Part shown: positions 11,181-24,637 of the stretch, piece by piece
How the letters are laid out: each line of letters opens with the position of its first letter
Numbering within the stretch: position 1 is the first letter of the stretch
Source of the DNA: Elsinoe ampelina
Taxonomy: Eukaryota
Assembly: GCA_010093995.1 (NCBI GenBank)
Contig: ML992517.1
Span: 200,677 to 264,676, forward strand
Direction: 5' to 3'
DNA length: 64,000 nucleotides
Translations under genes and position numbers: made by a program
Notes under the pieces: model-generated
Told to the model about the DNA's origin: nothing
Database searches by the model: none
What the model saw: only the letters and a program-made list of their open reading frames with translations

Positions 11181-13570
11181 TCAGGCATCACGATACAGCT
11201 GTGCTAGCCGCTTCGCCAGCGATTGCCACTTGACCTGTGCCTGTGGGAGGTGCTGCGGAATCGCTCTGCGATACAGAAGGTGAGCCCACTGGACGACCGA
11301 CGACGCAGCACCCAATCGTGTCGCAGGCCGTGTACTTACGCCCCCTATCGAGGCTGCGGCAAGCAATTCGGTGACCCGAGATATCGACAGATCCCTAACC
11401 ACACCTGCTTTGAACGTCGTTCCGCCAATCGTGATCGTCTCAAAGAGAACGACATCTCAGAACGGCACGATCCTAATATCACCCACGCTGCTGATGTCGA
11501 ACGTATACATCATAGCCACCACAGGACCATCCGGATGTAAAGTCCTTCCTCCAATGCAGATAGCGGGGCTAACCGCGCAAGTGAGCACCGCAGACCCGCC
11601 ACGACCTACAGTTCCTGATCGCCTATCCTCAGCTTCGTGCCGCTGGGAATCACAAGGTAATTTTCTGGGATCATCTGCGTTCCGTTGACCCCAATCCCTC
11701 GCATCTGCATCGAACTTGCTTGACGTTAATGATCGCTGCAGCGCCGCCGAGGACAGACTTCTGCGCTCTCATGGTCATAGAAAGAGATGGCACTGAGCTA
11801 TGGTCATGAGCTGCTCGTAGGTATCGAGCGGTGCTAGACCCGACAACAATGACACCGGCTCCGCGAACCACGCCCTCTCAACCATCCATTGTTGTAGTAT
11901 CCCCAGCCAAGAGGCTCTTGCCTTGCAGAACGTCCACGTCACTGGTCCCGTTCAAGACTGTGATCAGCGTCACTCTGATGCTCCCGACGCCTCTCTCGGG
12001 TTCGTGTGGGAACAACGCATCGTGTCTGGTCTGTGCACAGGCTGGTCCTTTTTGTGCCAACGATTATACCAGTCCGCCGACACTTGGGGATGTACCGTCG
12101 GTAGGCTGAATTGATACGGATACAATCATGCCACCTGAACCATCTTCGGCGGCGAATCTCAAATCCGTTAAGAGGAAGGTGGAAGCGATGTCGACGATGC
12201 TGCATTATGAGCAGGAGCAGTCGGCGTTGGTGGCATGGCAGTAACGAGGAGATGATCGGACCTTCGGAAGTGATCAGCTCAGCTTGGGCCGTGGGCCGCT
12301 CGACGGCATGGTCGTCTTCTACACATGTAGAAGTGCGCCTGGTGGACACTGCCGTCGCTAGCCAGACGGCACCATCTCCGTGTGGGTTCTTGTGACGGAC
12401 GTAGATTTTGGAGTTGGTGCACCGGTCCGGCTCATGGGTAGTTAGACTGTGTAAGATGCCCCAGAAAGTTGTTGGTCAGGCAAGGAACGGATCGTATGGC
12501 ACATCAACTGTGCCCACCGGAATGTACTCTTCCTTCCAGAACCCCACCCTGCGTTGCGGCATACAAGAACAAGCGGTCCACGGGACCCTGCCTCGCGGGT
12601 CTGCGAAAGCGAAAGAAGACATGCCCTTCACGCCAATCCGACCATAGACACTCGTGAGGTCGGTGGAGTAGAGCAGAACAAGAAGCAAGAAATCCACTGG
12701 GTAGAACATCCGTCGCTCTCCATCGATATGTATGAGATGTTGTGATGGAGTACATATACCATAGGTGAGATCCAAGTGATGCTCTCGTATACCGCTATAT
12801 TGGTGGGCCTGGTGAGATGCGCTGGTAGGTGGTTCGCTTCGCCTTAATACAGAATTGGTGCCAGTGTGTGTCGAAGGCCTTTTTAACGTCAAGACGGTCA
12901 GCATTGTCCACTGTACATGGAAGTGGTTTCCCACCTAATGTCATACACAGTCGATTCAGATATCTTGGCCGTTATGACAGTCTGTACGGCATTGAAGATC
13001 GTAGATAGACGGGGACAGACCTCGAACGGCTTTCTAGATCTACCGTGCAGACAGGAGGTGATAAAGACATTATAGGGACCAGAACTGAGTGACCAGGCAC
13101 TTCGTGACATATTCCATCCAGGCCACCGGAGTGGGCATGTCGCCTGAATGTTCCCTGCGCGACACATCGTCTCATTCGGAGTATGTGTAGCTACCATGCG
13201 TAGTCGAACTGCGAGTATAATTACCGACAGGATCTACCCCCGCGCTAGTGTGGTCGACAGTTTTGTCCATCCTGACAGAGTACACATCGGTCCATCATGC
13301 GTCGAAACAACGGATGATGGATAGTGGTGCCGAAGCTTGGTCGGTTGGTCCATCTGAGAGCAAAGTCCTGATGTCAATCGGACAGCTGGTGATGGTAATA
13401 TGAGTCAGGGTCTCGGGAATGCTGCAACCAGACTGCCGTTCTGACACGGTGCGTGTCGGTACTATTGGCGTGATGGCCGGTGGCTGTGGCGAGATTGCAG
13501 AGGCGATGAAGTCTCCTGTATCTGCTGAGCCTATGAACAGATGCAGCGCCCAAAGCAGCAAGAACGCCAT
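11181..13570 (-). pseudogene. Decayed gene for a secreted Cys-rich-N-terminus / Ser-Thr-Gly-repeat cell-surface protein
   Basis: Collinear minus-strand fragments: signal-peptide-like MAFLLLWALHLFIGSA (13570), FAFADPRGRVPWTACSCMPQ...PYDPFLA, and repeats VLQGKSLLAGDTTTMDG*EGVVRGAGVIVVGSST, IGGRTLHPDGP, ITIGGTTFKAG. Broken by several TGA stops and frameshifts. Confidence 0.6.
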
Positions 13571-14787
13571 TGCAGTCGTAGCGACCGGCGAAAAGACTTG
13601 TCAACAGCAGCCATGCCCATCTTCTGACCTGCCCGTGGCCCTTGTAGCTGGCGAAGCTGAGTCCACAAGTCTGAAGGAGCCAAGAGGCGATCTTCTAGTC
13701 TTTTGAACTTGACCGACCCAGATGGACCAAGTGCTACCAGAGATAACCAGACCGATTTATGAGGCACAATTTGGACATCGTGCTAGATCAGCTATTGTGC
13801 CTCGGCATCACAATAAAATGCCTCTGGTTCCTATGATTCTGCCCAATGAGCTTGTACTCCAATAATATCATAGCAAGTGGCAGGCTCCGCGTGTGTCCGC
13901 CTCCGGGTCCTGGTCAAGACCGTACCGCCATGCTTGTACAGCGGTGCATGTCACTTCATACACGGATTACTTGTTTGAATGGTCGGGGATATCTCCGTCG
14001 TGTGGAAACAATCCCATGACATCTGATGCCGCCTGCGACTGCGTTGGCGGCTCGCGACGCGTCGAGCACGTGACATTCGCGTCCCCGCACCCCACGCTTC
14101 GCGACTCCATCCGCTGTTCCTCCAGCCCCGGCCCACTTCGATTCCACTCCCCGCGATATTCACCGCCAACAGCGGCGCGAGCGATGTTTGTTCCGCAAAG
14201 ACGAAATGTTCCTCGACATCACGTTTCCAACGTTCTTCTAGAACGAGGTGCCTGATCTTGTGCATATCACAAATCGGATTGAAGACTCACTACAATGCAG
14301 CAGTATTGACAACCTCATCCAGCGCTTCATATCTTCCACTTTGCTGCACCATCGAGAAACATTGCATCCTCTTTTCCCCATTACAGGTGCTTTCTCCTGC
14401 AGTATCACCGGCATCTGCGGACTCCTTCACCACAAGCTAAGTGCTGTACTCCGCTTTCACCTCCCCTTCATCCTCAACTTCCGATTCAAAACAACTTCTT
14501 TCATGACCTTGAATACCATTCCCTATCACCTTCATCCTTGACTGCAGCTTCTCTTGCAAGTTCAATCACCATCAATCTTCCTTCACCGAACACTCCACTC
14601 TTCTACGTCCCTGCATGACATTCGAGGTCTATCCACACACACCCTTTCTCTTTACATCTACCGCCGAAGCAGCTCATCCACTACTCACTTCAATTTGACA
14701 CACCTCGGTCTCTCCATTCAGCGGAAAAGCCGCCGAGTCATCAGATAATCAACCTAGTCACCGCCTCCCTCACTCACACATCACACC

Positions 14788-17605
14788 ATGCCTAGTTTGA
14801 AACGAGAGTCCGTCGATGACGCCTTCGGACCGGAGCAGAAGCGGCAACGACGAGATCCTGACTTCTACGACTACTGTTCCCGCTTCACCGATCTCCTCGA
14901 CGACCTGGCCCGCGATGCGGAGCTGCTGGTGAAAGACAGTCACTTCTTCAGGACTGGCCTCAAACAGAGCGTGACGGATCTTCGCAACCCTGCTGGCGCC
15001 CAACGGGCAGACCCTCAGAAGATCTGCTTTCTGGGTAGATCCGGGGTGGGAAAGTCATCGTTGTACAATTCTCTCATCCACGAGAAGAACCTTTCAAGAA
15101 CGGTCAGCAGTTTGCACTATTCATGGACCATTGCTGACGTTGCCAGGCTGCTTCCTCGGACGGATGTACGTCTTCCGTCTGGGAGGCAACTGCTGGTTAC
15201 GGACAGGTTTCGAAATATCGCGCCGAAGTCACGTATTTCAGCGACGAGGAGATCAAGAGCATGATCAATGAGTACCTGGACAAGCTTTCAGCCTTCCATA
15301 CGGAGACGGACGAGACAGAAGAGCCTCGCTCTGACGACGAACAAACAGATCTTCGCAACAGCGAACAATCCTTCTTCTTGATGATACATTCTCTGTTCCC
15401 TGAACTACCACATCTAGCGACAGACGAGCAGATCATGGAAGTCATCCGGAAGGACTGGGACGACAACACGAACGAATTCCAACGCTGGGTCACAAAGGAA
15501 TGTATCCGAATTGTCCAACGGGCATCTTCTCTTTCTACAGGTCCATATCGCTCCGCAACCGACTTCGAAAACCCGGCGGACCTCCGCAGGTGTGTCCAGC
15601 CGCTTGGTTCCACTCAACATGGCGATTCAGGCCAATCTCACGTGTGGCCACTCGTCAAGAGGATCCGTATCTGTATTGCGAACCTTGACTTGTTGAGGAA
15701 CGTGATTCTCGCGGATGCACCGGGGACAGGAGATTGCAATTCTACTCGAGCGATGAATTGCCACCTTTATCTCAAGGAGTGTGACTATTTATTCGTGGTC
15801 GCCAGTATCAAGGATCGCATCGCTAGCGACAAAGACATCGACAAGCTCTTGAACCATTACAAAGCTCGTTTTGAAGGCAAGATATCCTTGGTCGTCACAA
15901 GCACAGATGTAAGTGACTCCAGAGACGATGCTGCTTGATACTGATGAATCACAGCTCCCAGTCAACCCCAGCGATGTGAAGGACTTCATTAGTGAGCTGA
16001 AGTCGACCAAACGCACCAGTCTCGTGGATCGTTACCTGTCCCTGAGAGGGGAGTTGAAAGGAGTCACAGGAATGCCAAAGAACGCAAATGACAAGGCGGA
16101 GCTAAAGTAAGTCACCGAAGCAGGTCCCGTGTGCAAAGACTGATCTCGGTTAGGCAGCGCGTCAAGGAACTCAAGCACAAGTACGTTGGGGATAAAGAGT
16201 TATGGGAACGATAACTAACAATGATAGCCGTGATGAGATGCATCGTGTTTTGCGAAGCGAGAGCTCCAAATCCAGTTTCCAGAGAATTCGCAAGATGAAC
16301 ATTCCCATGTTCTTCGTTAGCAACCCAGCGTATTGGCAGCACTTTCGTGACGCAGATGGTGGGGAGGAGAGCGAGAACGACGACTGCGACACGGACGACT
16401 CCGACGGCAAACCAAAGCAAGCATTGCTCAGTCTGAAGGACACTGGGATCAATGATCTCCGCAGTTTCATTCGTGGCGTACCCATGATTTCCATTCACCG
16501 TGCCTTGGATGCCCATCTTGGCAGGTTCCAAGCAATCACGGAGACTCTCAAGGCGACATGCGAAGCGCGTCCGATCGAGGATCGCAACGAGCTACAACGA
16601 ATCCTTGACAACTTCAAAGCTCAGATGACTACCAGTACCCTCAGCAAAGCCATCAAGGATGATACGGCTAGGACAATGCGCTCTAAGATGCAGAAGAGCC
16701 ATTGGATTTCCTCAGCGCTGTCATCGATCTCTGCGATGGAACGCTGGTCTGCCAGGAGTCTTAAAGCTGGTGTCACCGGTTATGGCGTCCATACTATCAG
16801 AAAGGTTCATCACAAGAACTGGGTCATGGAATTCACACGCCCAGCCCAGCCAGTATTCGAATCAGGCTTCAAAGCACTCAAGTTGTCGCTGGAGAACCGT
16901 GTGATAGCCTTCGAGTCCCAGTTGCAGGCACAGTTTGTCGGCCTTGCAAAGAAAATCTCAGGTACAGGTGTGCGTTCCTTTTTCTAGTGATTGGGCTGAC
17001 GTTCTCGCCAGACAATCCAGCGCTGGGTTGGGACAGTGCAGCGTTGGATCTGATCTTGGGATCCGTTCTTCGTGTGATCAAGACCAAGACAGACTACTTT
17101 AAGGAAGCAGTGTGGAAAGAGGAAAGGTAATAGAGATGTCGAGATAGTAAGGTCACGGACTGACACATGCAGGAACATTCATATGGAGTGCACGAAGTTC
17201 ACCGACCTCAACTATTTCAATGTCCGCATGCGCCGTCGCTTCCCTGAGATGGTTGCCCTCTTTGGCACAGGCTTCCGCAAGAACTTGATTGCGTTTCTCC
17301 GCAAGATGGTGACAGCCGAGGGTGGCGACGACATTTTCGAAGCCTGGTTCTCTGGTATCATCAAGACCATGAAGAAAAATCAGGACGCCCGCCTCGAACA
17401 GCTTGCGGCCGACGTCGAAGTGGAGGTTACTACCATCTGCAAAAATCTCATGCAGGGTGGCAACAGGGAGGCGAAATACAACGAGCTCAAGACTGGGATG
17501 AGGGACTTCTCTACTAAAGTCGACAATGCCATGCCAACGGCCGAGAACTATCTCGTACAACTCAAGGAAGAGATCAACAAGTGGGAGGAAGGAAGGAAGG
17601 ATTGA
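14788..17605 (+). CDS. Dynamin-superfamily GTPase (SLIP-GC/NUGGC-like fungal family), copy 1, 7 exons
   Basis: G1 FLGRSGVGKSSLYNSL, G2 DGCTS, WPLVKRIRI, G3 LADAPGTGD, G4 VVTSTD, helical C-terminus. Introns about 15103-15146, 15909-15954, 16107-16153, 16181-16227, 16962/8-17011 and 17127-17172 all restore frame. Confidence 0.85.
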
Positions 17606-19213
17606 GGACATGATTCGTGCGGTGTCACTCTCGAGACCAGGTAGCAAAATCCGATGTGGAATGATCGGGGCAGAATACCACTGATAGATCTGCAAGGCGA
17701 TCTTTACTTCAGCTCGGAAGTATGATACTCTGCTGGCGATTGAGCACTACCATGTTTCGGATCTCGGCAAGGGACCAACTTAGACAACATGGGCAAGGCT
17801 CTCAGCATATCACCCATGGAAGCTGTCTGATATCACAGCATAGCAGATAGTCCGCATTTGCTTGTGATGAAAGTGGGCAGGCAGGATGGAAAGCTCGCAA
17901 AGGGGATTTGAAAGTCAATTTCTCAGCTTTTGTTGTCAGCGTTTCGAGGAGAGTTTGATGTATATGATAGTAGCAGGTGATATGATAAGCAAGCAAATCG
18001 AATTCATTTTGTCCCAGATGTTGCCGAATCGATGTACTGCCTGTCCCTCTAATTCATCGTGGCGAATCGCGGAGAAAGCCCGGAGAAACTGTGGGGCACT
18101 TCGACTTCCTGCCATCAAATGCGTTCCACTTTCCATCGAAGTCTTGACAATACCTTGTGACAAGTTTCGGGTTATGTAAGAGCACGTGCTGGACAAACTT
18201 GCGACCCTGTTTGGCGTGCTGACGCTGCCTACCTGACTGTGACGGACACCACACGGTCGTTTTCGGCACGTGGTAGAATGTCCCGCCATCCTCTTCAGTC
18301 TTCATGTCATGCCTGTTATCGCTTTGGATCCGAAAGTCACTTCTCGAAAGATGGGATATGCATACGTGCTGGCTGAGACAGATCTTCCGGGTCCTGGAAC
18401 TTACGTTCGGCTCGACGGCCTGTGGACAACATGACGGGTGTCAAATGCCCAGTAGAAATTGGACGGGTGACAATTCATAATCGAGTAAGGGGGGAGCTTC
18501 AAGGAAGGGAACGGACTGGCACATGGGAAGTAGACCGGGACTAAACGTGGGCACATGGGACAAAGACGGAGAGGTCGGTAGCGGTGTGATGTATAGCAGG
18601 CCAGCGGCGGACGAGAATGAGAGCAGGAGAAAATTGCGGACATAAAAGGACGATCGAATGGGAGTAGATTGCGGGTATGGCGCGGGTGTATGCTCGCCAC
18701 TCTTGATTTGCGCTGCAGATCCGTTCAACATACAGATGTGCTTAAGAAGAAGTGCATTGTGAGTTGAATCACGTTTCTCATATGCTGATATCTTTCCATT
18801 CGCCAACTCTATACTTTGCATGTCTCCAGCTGATCCTCCAAGCATATCATCAGTATCAAAGACAAGATCACAGTTGTCTCCGGCTTGGTTCCTCAATCAC
18901 ATGCTCGCCTCGCCAACGTGTGAAGCAAGACTCACTTCAACTGACATTGGCCCCACAAAGCTTTTCACTTCTCACCTCACACACTGGGTCTCTTCTCACC
19001 TCACTCGTTTTGAGTGCTTACAGCTCCTCTCTGCTCCTTCTCTGATATTCAACCTCACATAGCATACGAAGACATTCATGACGATCTGCGATCACGGCCT
19101 CTGTGGTAAACAACTTTACCCTCTACCTCACTTGCGTGATTTCCACACCTCACTCACACCAACATCTCAATACCATTGAGCTCAGCAATTTATTACCACA
19201 TCACGGCATCACA

Positions 19214-22200
19214 ATGTCTAGTCATAGGCGAATGCACGATGGGAGTCAGCCGATTCATCCCAAGGACGTCGGCGTAGAAGCATCAAACGATTTTCGCGAC
19301 CGAGCTGAAGACATCAAATCCATACTCACCAATTTCACCGAGAATGGAAGTAAAGTCATTTCTGGAAACGACGTCTTCAGTGAAAGCCTGCACGCCCAAC
19401 TTGAGGCGCTTCGTCAATCAGGCCAGATCAGGTCCAGTGATCGAGTCAAGATCGGCATGGTCGGTGCCTCCGAGATGGGGAAGAGCTCAACCATGAATGC
19501 CCTGATTCACATTAGGGAGCTGTGCAAGACGGTACAGATTTCAAGCTGCTTGAATCGACACAGGCTGACATCGAAAGGATTCTGGTATAGAAGGGTGCAC
19601 TGCCGCAACAGGAGAGATCACAGGTGGTTTACCCGGACAAGAGCAGCAATATGTCGTGCATGTTTTCTTCTACGATCAACAGGAGCTCGCAAATATGCTT
19701 GCTGAATACGTAAACGATTTCTGCACTTTCCACTTCGAACAGGAAGACGAAGCAGAGCGCACCGCCAACGAGAACGCGAGAATGCAAAACAGCGCTGAAA
19801 CTCTCGTCCAACTTATCACGACATTACATCTGCAAGGCAGCATTGCTCAGACAGAGGAACAGATAAAGCAGGATCTCGAGTCACACTACCAGCAAAAGTC
19901 GATCGCCAGGTACAAACGTACCTTGGTCCAGCAATGCTCTATGCTGGTCAACAATTTCCATGGAGGTTCCGGCAATGTCAAAAGGTATTCCTTTCACGAT
20001 GCGGAATCAACCATCGCCTTCACGCATCCGTTGGGTACCACGGACGAGTCCGGATCGACGGGTCGCTCGATGTGGCCGCTGGTCAAGAGGATCAGAATTC
20101 ACATCAAGGATCACGTTCTCTTACAAGACATTCTGGTAGGAGATGCCCCTGGCATTTCCGATACGAACGTGGCGCGCGTGAATAACAGTAAGGCGTTTCT
20201 GGACAGCTGCGACTTCCTCCTGGTCTTCAGCTGCATCGGTGTCCGCATCGCTAGCGATCAGACCGTGGCTGATATCCTGTCGGAGTACGGCGAGCGATTC
20301 AAGGATAAGCTTGTCATGGTGATAACGAAAGGCGATGTGAGTATGGAAGTGGCAACGTGGGTCGCTCTGCTGACGACAGACAGGAAGCGATTGAGTCGAG
20401 GCATATGGGAAGACTTTTGGGTCAGGCCACGGGCTTGGGCATGTTTGACGCAGTCAGCAAGTATCGTGCAAAAGATGAAGAGATCAAAACAACCAGATCT
20501 AGCACGCATGGCAGGAGATTGACACCCCTGCAAAGGTTCGAGCTGAGGTGAGCAGGCCGAGAGTGGATAGTAGAGCTGCGGCTGACCAAGAACAGCGAGA
20601 GACTAAGACCACTGGAGCAAGAGTAAGCAGCGCGCCTATTCCAGTATATCATAATGACTGACATATCAAAAGAAAATTCGAAATGGGAATGGAAATACGC
20701 AACACCATATTCAAGATCAAGCTTCTGAAGAAGAAAAAGTTGGACATACCCATCGTCTTCATATCCAATAAACACTACTGGCGCCATACTGATGGTGATG
20801 ACGGTGAATTGGAGAGCTCTCGCACGTTACCACTGCTGGCGACAGGAATCCCGACCTTGCGTCGTATCTTAACGAGTCTGCCCATGAAGTCCGCATACCG
20901 CTGCCTGGACGAACACCTCCAACGCTTCATCTCATTCGCGGACGCACTCAAGACTGTCGTCGAAAGGGAACCACCCAAGAACCCAGTGCTGATGAAGCAG
21001 CTCACGGATGATTTGATGGTATGTCTGCTGCATGAGCGTTCTCAGATGTCGTGCTGACCGTGGTAGGACGCTTCCAGTAAGGTGTCTTTGGCGAAGGCTT
21101 TCGATCACGCGGTATCACTTCATGCCGTTGGAACCCTACGTACACATAATCTCCGATCCACAAATGCTGTCGCTGACCATCACAGTCCCAAATTCGGGGA
21201 TGTATGCGAAGAAGGCAGAACGAGTCTTCGACAATTTGCACAATGTAAGTCTTCCAATCCAACATAGTGAGATCTTACTAACATCTTAATAGTTGTTCTG
21301 GGGTATGATGAATCCTTCCAGAGGCGGACAATATCACTGACCATATCTTCAGCCACCATCAGAGCGATCGTGAACAGAAGGGGAGTGTTCTTGTCCAAGA
21401 CGACGGGTCTGCACGACTGGCCCCAGATGTTCAACGAATGCGCAGTCACTGATATTGAGAGAGTCCTCAAGGACGTTGAAGAGTATGAAGAACGTGCGAT
21501 GGAAGCCTACAATCGTCAGACCGAGCGAATGCTGGGTGAGTTTGCCTCAAGAGTGTCGTGTAAGTATCTCTCGGCAACAAACCGGTAGTGTTCTGACGTT
21601 TTTACAGCCTACAAACACGACCTTGGGGTCACAGACGTGGCGCTCAAGGAGATGATTGAAAGCTGCAGGCGCTTGATAGCGCTACGCATGGAAGGGTTCT
21701 CGAGGAATTACGAAAAAGACATTGCGTATGCCTACCAGCCCAACCTCTACCAAAGCATGACTGACCGTGGCCAGCAATGTCAGACTGAACGCTACCAAGT
21801 CCCGCAATACCAACTACTTCGCTCAGAGCCTAGGACCACTTTTCGACGATTTAGAACAGGAGTCCGGGACTGGCTACAAGCTTCGTGTCATCGGCAAATG
21901 CAAAGACTTTGTCGATGCTGAGGACGACAATGTCATCACACCTTCCTTGAGAATATTCTTCGACAGCCTTCGCGCAGTCAAGTCCGAACACGCCGGTGCC
22001 CTGGACGAGGGGAACCATCGAGAGTTTCGCTTCTTGTGCAGCAAACTCACATGCACGATGGAAAAGGGCGGAGCATTCGACGCAGCCCAGAAAGACGGCA
22101 GCAGGTTTCTTAAGAAGACGACTGGCAAGGGCGTCAAATTGGTGGAGAGGATGATGCAAGAGCTCAAGGACATGATCGATACTTGGGTCATCGTCCCGGA

Positions 22201-22393
22201 GATGACGGACGTCACAGAGATGCTCATCAAGATTGAGGATCATGTGGTCGAGGATGAAGCGGTACAGATGGGCATCGAGCAGGATATTCAGAGTCCACCA
22301 CATGTCGCTCCGATGGCGCAGATGATGTCGGACAGAGGACTGGATGGAAGTGTGGACTTGGAACAGAACACCGGTGCGGATACCACATACTAG
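19214..22393 (+). CDS. Dynamin-superfamily GTPase (SLIP-GC/NUGGC-like fungal family), copy 2, about 11 exons
   Basis: G1 MVGASEMGKSSTMNAL, G2 EGCTA, WPLVKRIRI, G3 VGDAPGISD, G4 VITKGD. Introns at 19532-19578, 20337-20383, 20548-20595, 20623-20671, 21018-21066 and further small introns to about 21775. Ends at TAG 22391-22393. Confidence 0.85.
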
Positions 22394-22944
22394 GATGACC
22401 TGGAAGATACAGGAGAGACTTGCTTGAAAACACCAGCCACTGCCAGCGGCCGAGACACACTTGCTTTTTGCAGAAAGATATGTAGCATATTCGGCATAGC
22501 TCAGAAGCGTAGTCAGGATCACTACGAACATGCTTGCTTGCACATCAAACCAATGGAAGTATATCGCCCCGAACGTCGGGATTGTGTCTGCGTTACTATG
22601 TGGTCAGATCCCTTGCATATTGGACTCGCATCCATAGCGCCATGAATATGCGACGATGCAGTGGCAAGCGTATCAGCTGCGGACAGTTGCATCCATGCGC
22701 GCTCGCCACCAAAAACATACACATCGACATGCGTCAGTGTTCACAGCATCAGAAAGGGGTCCGAAGACTAGCCTACCATCCTCATTCCATCCGGAGCAAT
22801 CCTGGCGACATGATTGTATTCCCGTCGACCAGCCCAACCACGAGCACGCACACTTTTCTTAGCCAGCACGACAGCCTCACAATCACTACCAGCGACAACG
22901 CCACGCTCCATTTCAAAAAGGAACCAGTACATTACCCCATACAC

Positions 22945-24637
22945 CTATCTAACGTCTACAGATCTATACCTCTCGGCATCCTCCTTCGTCCACGTCTCCT
23001 CCGCCTTGGTCCCAGGCGGCAACCACGCCCCGCCCGACGGACTCGAGTCCCTCCCCTGCCCCTGCGGTGGATGCCCCACGCTCCCATTCCCATTCACATA
23101 CGGCGCCTGCACCGGGGGCATTTTCCACTGTGCCATCCCATCATGGCGCTTCGCGTCCCCGTTGACCGTCACGGGCAACAACGGCGTCCCAGCCTGGTTC
23201 TTCTCACGCAGCTTCCGGTCCGCCTTGTCTGCGTCGCTGGTGCGGTCGTAGAGGTACAGCCCGATGATCGTGAGGCCGATGCCGCTTGCTTGGATGGAGG
23301 TCATGGGGTTGCCGAACCAGATGATGGCGAAGACGATGACGAAGACGCGCTTGATGAGGGATGCGACGGAGTATGTCACTGGTGACACGAGGCCGAGGAG
23401 GACAAAGGCGACGAGGGATTGCGTGAAGTGGAAGGTGCCGTTGAAGACGAACTCGAGTGCCAGACGGCCGTGGTCGAAGGCTCCGGGCCGGCCGGAGAGT
23501 TCGACGGAGGCGTCGGTGAAGAAGTCCGCGATGAGACCTAGACCTTCGGACCAGAACCAGAGGGGAAGGGTGAAGAGGAGTGCGAGGCCAGAGGAGTAGC
23601 AGAGGAGGTTGAGCTTGTCGGGTTTGCGGTAGCGGGCGGGGAGGCCGTCGGCTTCGGCTTTGGCGGCTTCGGTGAAGAGGGATTTGGAGACGATGTTTTG
23701 CGTGACGAAGAGAAGGGCGGAGCCGAAAGCGTAGAGGAGGCCGAGGAATTCGGCCCGGAAGGAGGCGGAGCAGGCGAGGATGACACCGAGGGTGAGGGGT
23801 ACGAGAGAGAGGTAGGTCGCTCGAGAGTAGTGGACATTGAAGTAGAGGCGGTAGGCGAGGACTGTGAAGAGCGGAGAGAGTCCTTTGATGGTGTGGACGA
23901 GGGAGACAGGGATGCGGGACATGGCGTCGGAGTTCAAGATGTGCCCGCCGATCTGGAAAGCCGTAAGGGGAAGGGTGGCCCGGATAATCTCCCAGTCCGG
24001 CCGACGAATGCCATTGCGGAGGACAGGCATGGCTCTTCGTATTGAAGGGCTCATCCGGGCGAGGAAGGCGGAGAAGATACACCAGGAGCAGACGAAGAGG
24101 AATTGGACGATGGTCAGAGTGACTGGTTTCCGGAGAGACGTGAGGATAGCTTTGGATGAAGCATTTGACATGACTGACGTGGCATACCAGAGTCCGCAGA
24201 GCGCCTGCGATGATCAGCCATGCTCTCACATGTCGAGCATATCTACCTACCACCAGCCTCATCGACACTGGAGCTTTGAGCGCATCTGCAATCTCGGCCG
24301 CGTTCTGGGTAACACTCCCTCGCCTGTCCCTCACCGTCCGTATAGCCTCGCTCAAGCTCTTTTGTCTACCATGTCTTGTCCCACCCGTAGCTCTCCTGTC
24401 ATTCCACATGCTTCTCTCCAGTGACTGCTCCTTGCGTGGTTGCCATCGATCTCCTGCAGAGTGTAGTCGTGTCAGATCTGGGAGTGGACCAGGGCTCGGC
24501 GAATGTGGATAGTCTTCGACAGCAGAACCATTTTGAAGCTGCTCAGTTGTCAGGTCCGGGAATTTTAGACGTCCTGACTGTGTTGTTGAAGATGATGAAC
24601 GCCGATCCGTGACAGTGTAAGAGCCGTTGGAGGTCAT
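22945..24637 (-). CDS. SLY41: Triose-phosphate/nucleotide-sugar translocator family protein (Sly41-like), 2 exons
   Basis: Exon 1 24637-24251 (...HGRQKSLSEAIRTVR...IADALKAPVSMRLV); intron 24250-24205; exon 2 with IPVSLVHTIKGLSPLFTV, DKLNLLCYSSGLA and VSPVTYSVASLIKRVFVI. Confidence 0.88.

Noticed and set aside
2700..22645. Starship giant transposon (Myb/SANT and dynamin-like genes resemble cargo)
   Set aside because: No DUF3435 tyrosine-recombinase captain or element boundaries are visible, and a conserved BC10 gene sits in the middle.
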